A DNA stretch of 64,000 bases from Octopus sinensis (Eukaryota): positions 55,552,001 to 55,616,000 of the forward strand of contig NC_043006.1 of the NCBI RefSeq assembly GCF_006345805.1. Reading direction: 5' to 3'. Under the pieces are notes generated by a model. It was given only the letters and a program-made list of their open reading frames with translations, was not told the origin of the DNA and did no database searches. Shown here in pieces: positions 56,067 through 64,000 of this stretch. The number at the start of each line of letters is the position of its first letter. The first letter of the stretch is position 1. A program made the position numbers and the translations under genes.

Positions 56067-57792
56067 ATATTTATTAATTAATTATTTTATTGTTCTAGTT
56101 TATTTTTAACCTGATGAGTGGCTATATTTATATCGAAGTGATTTTACTACTACTATTAATTTTTTTACTATAATCATGTCTTAAATATAGCCCCGAACAC
56201 GTTCGTTATTCTACCAATTATATACGTTTTTAAGTTTTTTTTGCAATTTACTTAATCATTGGTATTTTATTGTTATTTTAATTTTAATATTTCTATTATA
56301 TGTAATTTTCTAGATGATGTAATTTAATTGTTCATTTTGAATTGATAATAGGTGTTTTTTTCTAATTTTATATATATATATATATTATATTGGTTGAAAT
56401 TTGATTTAGTATTTCTAAATTGAATTTTTTCCTTGTAAGTTTGGATTAATATTCCCTAAAATAATTATATTATAAGAAAACAAAAACAAAACAAAATGTA
56501 GGTGAATTCATACATACACACACACATACACACACACACACACACTCACACACACACACATATATATATATATATGAATTTAAGGTTAAAGTGATATACT
56601 AAGGGGATATTATTTTAATATAATACATATGAAAGACAAATTATTACAAATTTATTTTAAAAACCCTTATACAATATTATATGTATTAGTCTATGTGAAT
56701 CATTCATATATTTACTAACTTATATGGATACTATATGGTTAAAAATACATGCCTGGAGTCAGTTGGACCAAACTCAAACAAGGGACGAAACCTCAAAAGT
56801 GACCGTATATATTGTCTCAACATGTTGTCGTTAATCGCTAAAATTACGCCCAGAATTCCATCTCTGAATCCTCACATATTCTCTTCTATATATAACTATA
56901 CCTACATATTACCAAATTATAGTCATTATCGGTAAAAATATGTTCAAAAGCTATTATATCTGACAAATTACCTCAAATTATGTTCAAAATCTATTATATC
57001 TGACACATTGTTTCAAATGCAAGACTCCAGGTAACAAAATGCCTAAAATGCAAGATTCCACGTTACATTTATAAGTCACTTTATCAATAAACCCCTTAGG
57101 CATTTAGCCATCTATTTATTTATCTAATTACTTTTAATGTTATATTTAAGAGATGCGAGGAGTTTATTTTAAAAAAACGAATGGAACGAAGTGAGATAAC
57201 TCTAGATTTAAATAGCTCAAACAACTTATTAGTCAGCCAAACAATTAATTAATTAATTAATTATATATATATACATATATCTTGTATGCACAGTTTGATT
57301 CATGACGGATACTGTTTGAGTTAGAGCTCCATGTAGATTATCATTAGTTAGTCAGCTTCCAGTTTTGTTAGTCTACATATGTATGTACTCAGTAGTGTTA
57401 ATAGTTATGATATACATCATATATGTAGGGAACAATTAAGATAAGACAGATATAAATTGCTAGTTCTTACGTACGTTTCACCTTTGCAGTAATTTGAAAC
57501 AGCGCTGGATGTTTCAAGTGCATTTGGATCCCTCACTGCAATGGAATACTTTACTGCATTCTCTTACAGAGATCTAATTTCAGGAGTCCGACATATGGCG
57601 AGGTTATTTATAAATGATGAGAGAAGGAAGTATAAATGCATAAACACATGCGTATATATATGTATGTATATATCATTTAATGGACACAGTATAAAGAAGA
57701 GGGAACAGCAAGAAAGAAAAGAATTGATCGACATAGTAGTAAACAGGATAAAAAGTAAGTGTACTAGTTCATAAAGAGAAAGTAAATAAACA

Positions 57793-57833
<41 letters not shown>

Positions 57834-58330
57834 GGTATGTAGAAAAATACAACATGGACAAGAAGAAACACAGTTACACTTCCTGCTTTTTGTATCTCAT
57901 CCATCACTCTGATACATACACACATATATTATTTTATATGTGTGTGTATGTATGTATGCATGTATATGTGTATCTATGTATATACATATGTGTTTTTATA
58001 TGTATACATCTATTTATTTACTTGTGTTTTATATATTTATTTTCTAGTATGCTTTATTTACTATTTTGTTCAGTCTTTCGTCTACTCTTTTTTTTTTTTG
58101 ATCACTTGCTTAATTTCTCCTCCGTTCTCTAATTACTAATAAATTACCTCGCAATTTTGCTGACTTCTGATATTATATATATGGAAGGGAATACAATCAA
58201 GTATTCCGCTGATGGTTCAGTACGGTTAAGCATCCAAATGCACTTAAAATATCCTATACTTAGCTCCAAATAAGTGCAATGGTGTGTAGGAACTAATAAC
58301 TTATAATATTGTTTATCATCTTTCAATATT

Positions 58331-58364
<34 letters not shown>

Positions 58365-58446
58365 TGTATGTATGTATGTATGTATGTATGTATGTATGTA
58401 TGTATGTATGTATGTATGTATGTATGTATGTATATATAGACATATT

Positions 58447-58477
<31 letters not shown>

Positions 58478-58500
58478 TTATTCACATATATTCATATATG

Positions 58501-58539
<39 letters not shown>

Positions 58540-58728
58540 ATATAATTTAGAGAAAAATCTATATTAAGCAATTTAATAGTGAAAGACGTTATTCACACCA
58601 TATAGAAAAAATTAAATTGCTGAATTTGAAATTTGATTTACAATTGCTAAATTGAATTTTCCCCTTAAATTTGGAATTATATTCCCTACTACTATATATA
58701 CATACATACATACATATATACATACATA

Positions 58729-58794
<66 letters not shown>

Positions 58795-58811
58795 TATATA
58801 TATATATATAT

Positions 58812-59040
58812 GGGGTGGATACAGATGTCTTTAAAATGGAGCTGGATCTCTTCCTGTCAGGTGTCCCAGATGAACCAACTTCACGGCAGGAGGGGCAGAT
58901 GAGGGCAGCTGCATCGAACTCTCTCATGCACCAAATAGCAGTTGCTAGAAAGCCTCCATGAAGTGAAACCAAGTAGCAACACCAAATGGCGGTGCCCCAG
59001 CATGGCCACAGCTCATGAGCTGAAACTGGAATCAATCAAT
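58812..59040 (+). mobile_element. CR1-type LINE 3' terminus (short 5'-truncated insertion) inside (TA)n
   Basis: [36 protein letters not shown]; tail ggcggtgccccagcatggccacagctc..gctgaaactgg. Confidence 0.88.
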
Positions 59041-59064
59041 ATATATATATATATATATATACAC

Positions 59065-59111
<47 letters not shown>

Positions 59112-59149
59112 TGTTCATATACATATGCGTATATAAAACTGACACTTAG

Positions 59150-59445
59150 TTACGACGACAAGGGTTTCAGCTGATCCGATAAATGGAATTGCCTGCTCGT
59201 GAAATTAACGTGCAAGTGGCTGAGCACTCCACAGACACGCTTACTCTTAACGTAGGTCTCAGAAAGATTCAGCATGACACAGAATGGTTCAATGTTAGCT
59301 CTTTCAAATACAAGTATTACTAATTTTTGCCAGCTGAGCTGGCTCGAGCAACGGGAAATAGTCTCTTTCTCACGAACACTGCGCGCCACTGGGAATCGAA
59401 TTCGCGACTTTACGATTGCGAGCCGTTTATTCTAACCACTAAGCT
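59150..59445 (-). mobile_element. tRNA-derived SINE, family C
   Basis: Minus strand head gcttagtggttagaat...gcgaattcgattcccagt (A and B boxes), followed by a non-tRNA body. Confidence 0.75.
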
Positions 59446-60182
59446 TGGCTTATATACATATGTATAAATTCATAAACATATGCATATATATATGTATGTA
59501 TATAGCATTTAATGTACACAGTCTAAAGATATGAGTTAGTATTAGTTTCTTGCTTCGGACACACGTTTCTAGGTAGTTCCTCCAGGTCACCAAATAAATT
59601 TTGTCCGTATGCATGAATTTGCTGAAAATTTAACATCTAAGTATTCCAATGCACTAAGTAATGCGGTGGAATCCTTAGATCTGAAAAGAATTTGCAATCT
59701 GAGAAGTCCACCACACTACTTAATTCAAAATCCGAAATTTTCAGCGAATGCATATGAAAAAAATCTCTTTAGGTGAAAAGGAGGTCACCACCTCTCAGGA
59801 TTGAGCAGCTGTCTCGCAGACTTTGGACCCCACTCCTTTGAATTATTCTACTACAGCTAGTTTTGATATAGCTACTACGGTCAAAGAAGACGTGACGCTA
59901 ATATTTTCTCTTTTCTTTTTCTATTTTTATTCGCCCATCCACTTTTTGGATTAACCCTCTTGTTTTGTTATGATTTCTCATGCACCAGCGTCCAGATTTT
60001 CAAGTAGAAGACGTGTTATAAAAACCTGCCTTGTCACGTGTCTCTAAAGCAAGAAACTATTAAACTACTAGTAGCTTACATCTTGCTACTGCGTACATTA
60101 AGTGATATTAGTCAATCACTAAACAGTGTTCTTTTTTGTTGACCTTATCTTAATAGAACAGTAATGTATGTATGTATGATTG

Positions 60183-60226
60183 TATATGCACATATGATAT
60201 GAATTAATACTTACATACGCATGTAT

Positions 60227-60283
<57 letters not shown>

Positions 60284-60288
60284 TATAC

Positions 60289-60345
<57 letters not shown>

Positions 60346-60455
60346 TATACGTCTATATATATATATATATATATACATATATATACGTCTATATGCACAT
60401 ATGATATGAATTAATACTTACATACGCATGTATACACACACACACACACACACAC

Positions 60456-60519
<64 letters not shown>

Positions 60520-60520
60520 G
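60183..60520. repeat. Local tandem duplication (~210-bp period) of a unique stretch plus microsatellite
   Basis: tatatgcacatatgatatgaattaatacttacatacgcatgtatacac occurs at about 60183 and 60392. Confidence 0.85.
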
Positions 60521-60816
60521 TCTATTTGTTTCTCTCCCAAGTCAGTAGCAAGCTACACAGCTTCAAAACTAACTGACCTTAAATATATATATATTTGTAA
60601 CCACGTGTTTGCCTACAAACCCGTAAGTACGTTTTCATTTAACTACAAATTGTTATATACACCTGTTTTTCTTTTAATATCCTCAAACAACCAAATAATC
60701 AAAAACTCACACCCTTAAGAGAGAACATTTATATATATATACACTTCTTTAACTCCCAAGAAAGAATATATATATTTTCAAAAATCAAAAGGAAAACAAA
60801 CAAAAGAAAAACAAAC

Positions 60817-62043
60817 ATGGCTAACTTGTAGGCCTGCAACAGACGAAATTGGTCTGATAACGAAATTGATGTTTTAATAAACACATGGTTCTCTCTTTCC
60901 CAAACAGAAAATCTAAATGTCTTGTGTTTGAATGAGATTGCCGAAAAAACATCACAAGTGGTCAACACACGATCCGTCAAACAGATTCGTAGCAAGCTGA
61001 AACATATCGAAGTATCTTTCAAACTGATAAGAGGCCATTATGAAAAGCTTCTACATATTTTCACAGTTCAAGAACACCAACAGCTAGAAAATCAGCAGCC
61101 ACAACAACAACAACAACAGAATGAGCCACTCCTGGTTCCCAGCACAATGGCTGACCCTAACATCGGTCAAGCACAACAACAACAACAACAGCCACAGCAA
61201 CAAGAACAACAACAGCCACTCCTCAACTCTAGCTTACTAGATGATTCACTAAATGCCAGTATCTTTTCACCGCTCTCACAGCAACCACCACAATTATCAT
61301 CATCATCATCACCACCGCTGCCACCATCGTCTTCTATCACCAAAAATACCAACAGAAAACCAAATAAGAAACCACTGCCCTCTTCCCCCATATCACCACC
61401 TCAATACTACTGCAGTAACAAAAACTTAAAGAAACATAGGAAGCAGAATGCGCCCCCCACGGCACAAACAAGAAATCCCCAAATATGCCGCTATTCACTG
61501 CGCCAGAGACTCTGCACAAATAGTGACTGCATCTTCACGCATCTACCCGGCACTAGACGCACTACCGGCCAAGGCCAAAGCACGCATCCCACAATAACAT
61601 CAACACCACCAAATAGTAAATCGAAATTCAAAACACACACAACTCGGAGTCCCAAAATCTGCCGGTATTCCCAACGTGAGAGAACATGTCTACTGAGTGA
61701 CTGTTCCTTCACTCATCTTCCAGGGACCCGACGCACAAACAGAAACGGGGCCTCAAGCCAACACACAAACCTGAATAACAATAAAAATAGAAACACACCA
61801 TGCTGCAGTAATGCTGGTCCAGTCTTTTCAGGAAGACACAAAAACAACAACAAAAGTGGAAACTACAACCCTATCCAACAGTGCAACCACACCTCCAGCC
61901 AAAAACTGCTCCCTAAGCAGGAAAATTCTTTTTTAGCCATGTTGAACATGGCAAAAGAGATACACAAAAACATTCTAGCCATCACTCAACACCATCCTAT
62001 GCTATTACCCCAGTGCACCAATTCCCCACATTGCTGCCACTAA
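60817..62043 (+). CDS. LINE ORF1: Myb/SANT-like N-terminus, polyQ, Ser/Pro-rich linker, two C-x8-C-x4-C-x3-H fingers; in-frame TAG at codon 5
   Basis: ATG 60817, TAG 60829-60831, then open to TAA 62041-62043. RRNWSDNEIDVLINTW..EIAEK..RSVKQIRSKLKHI; fingers at 61486-61542 and 61660-61716. Confidence 0.75.
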
Positions 62044-64000
62044 CACACACAAAAAATCCAAGCCCCCTGCAACAGTCAAAACCAGCCACTACACTAACCT
62101 CCACATTCCTACTCAATGCACAAGGTGTCAGCCCTTCCATCAATGCACAAAAATGGAAGGTCCAATTCATTGAAGACTGGGTTGGTAACCATTCACACCA
62201 CATCCCTTTCTTCATTCTCACTGAGACCCACCTTGACAACCCCCACTTGGAAGCCGAAGTGAGAGTGAAGAATTTCACAACCATCCGCGCGGATCGTATC
62301 GGCAGGAGGAAGGGTGGAACTGCCATTTTCCTGCATGATTCATTTACGGCAGATGGAAATAGTATATTCTCCAACGGCTACTGTGAATCAGTCACCGTGC
62401 ACAACAAAGCCAATGACCTGACAGTAATTGGACTCTATAGGCCGCCCCAAACACCCATACTGTGCTTTAAAGAATGCCTCAACAGCATTAAGTGCTTTAT
62501 TCAACAGTGCCATTCTAGCAACATACTCATGATGGGAGACTTCAATCTACCCTGTGTTGACTGGACTACAAACTGTTTGAAACCAAGCACTCCCGCCTCA
62601 ACCGCTGACAAAGAAGCAGCAGAGTCACTTTTCGACTTTACGAATGAGTTTTTCTTGTCCCAACTTGTCCTTGCACCAACAAGACATCAGAACATTTTGG
62701 ACCTAGTGTTTAGTAACCACACTAACACTATACATAACGTTACAGTGGAAAAAACCCTTCTTTCAGACCATGACATGGTTCTCTGTAACATGAAATTCCA
62801 CCAGCCGAAAGCTAATCCTAGTGACCTTCCTCCAGCCCACCCATTTGACAACATGGATCTCCATAAAGCCAACTGGGATGCAATCAGGAACGAGCTATCA
62901 AATGTTGACTGGTCCTTTACACATACACACATCTCCACCAACCATAAAACATCTTGGCAGATCTTTGTAGACACCGTCACAGACATATGTGCAAAACACT
63001 CCCCACCAAGACCTGTGAACAAAAAGTGCAGAATCCCCCAAAACAGAAAAACCATTATCAGAAAAATAAAAAGAACAAACAAAAAAATTAACAAACTAAA
63101 GTACTGCCAACAGCAACACACACATTCGACGGCTATCGCACTGCTTGAATCCAAAAAATATAACCTCCAACAATGCATGAAGACCCTCATCAATAACCAA
63201 AGATCAGCTGAGGAGAAGTGGGCCATTGAAAAAATCAAACTCAACCCCAAAGTGTTCTTTTCATTTGCGAGGAAACGCAGGGTCACTGTCTCCACTGTAG
63301 GCCCTCTAATTGACGAAACTGGCACTCTCCAAGATAATGCCAAATCCATGGCCGAGATACTGCAGAAACAATACTGCTCTGTTTTCAGCAATCCTGATAT
63401 GGCCGATCTGGGCTGTATCAGTGATGTCAACCCCCAACACACTATATCGGACATAACGTTTAGTGCCCCTGATGTCTTAGCGGCGATAAACGAAATAAAA
63501 CACAATTCAGCAGTAGGCCCCGATAGGTTCCCTGCTTGTGTCCTGAAGGTGTGTCGACACCAACTTGCATCTCCCCTTGCTAATCTGTGGAGAAACTCAC
63601 TGGATGCTGGCTATATTCCAAAAAACCTTCTGTCCCAGTCTGTTGTCCCAGTTTTCAAAAAGGGAAACAAGTCCCTTGCAGTGAACTACCGTCCGATCTC
63701 ACTCACCTCTCATATCATCAAGGTATTTGAGAGGGTGGTGAGATCTCGAATAACCCAATTTCTGGAAAGCAACAGACGGCTGATCTCCAACCAACATGGG
63801 TTCCGTAATGGAAGGGACTGCCTAACGCAGCTCCTGCATCACTTTGAGGACATTTTAAGAGCTTTGGGAGAGGGCTCCAACACCGATGTCATCTACCTTG
63901 AATACAGTAAGGCCTTCGACAGGGTCGATCACAAGATCCTATTGAAAAAACTATCCAACATTGGTGTCTCTGGAAAGTTACTGAAATGGATTAAGTGTTT
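61917..64000 (+). CDS. CR1-type LINE ORF2 (APE endonuclease + RT), uninterrupted to the window end; absent from the ORF track
   Basis: Translated codon by codon with no stop: LLNAQG, ILTETHL, RADR..RKGGTAI, GLYRPP, MGDFNLP, PTR..NILDLV, SDHD, SAVGPDRFP, VVPVFKKG, NYRPISLTSHIIKVFE, NQHGFR, DVIYLEYSKAFDRVDH. Confidence 0.95.

Noticed and set aside
56111-56145. CTGATGA...GAAG hammerhead-like text
   Set aside because: GAAA is broken and no stem I or III pairing or GUH triplet was found.
54780-56460. Possible mitochondrial insertion (very AT-rich)
   Set aside because: No recognisable mitochondrial protein, rRNA or tRNA sequence.
62687-63505. 272-aa minus-strand ORF and similar antisense ORFs over LINE and PLE bodies
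   Set aside because: Antisense shadows of the element ORFs on the other strand; no recognisable motifs.

Overview
Repeat-dominated, AT-rich eukaryotic DNA, inferred to be octopus/cephalopod from my recall of the tRNA-derived SINE families and the dense (TA)n, (TACA)n, (CA)n and (AAT)n microsatellites; no database was consulted. Most of the window is nested transposon debris: several Penelope-like elements (one apparently full length with direct terminal repeats, 15803-22658), R4/Dong-like fragments inside (TAA)n tracts, two Tx1/L1-like LINEs, CR1-type LINEs, an RTE fragment, several Tc1/mariner relics, a MITE-like element and many SINEs. The only host-gene signal is a probable first coding exon of a class A GPCR (40497-40638, +). 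Two things stand out. (1) At least five sequence families of minimal hammerhead-ribozyme motifs, two of them inside (TA)n-flanked fold-back elements. (2) A young CR1-type LINE (from about 60520 to beyond the window end) whose ORF1 combines a Myb/SANT-like domain, polyQ and two CCCH fingers, and whose AUG-less ORF2 overlaps ORF1 in the -1 frame just at a U_UUU_UUA slippery heptamer followed by a hairpin. Nearly all other ORFs in the track are microsatellite read-through. Coordinates of decayed elements are approximate. The 11.5-22.7 kb part shows indel noise typical of long-read consensus error.
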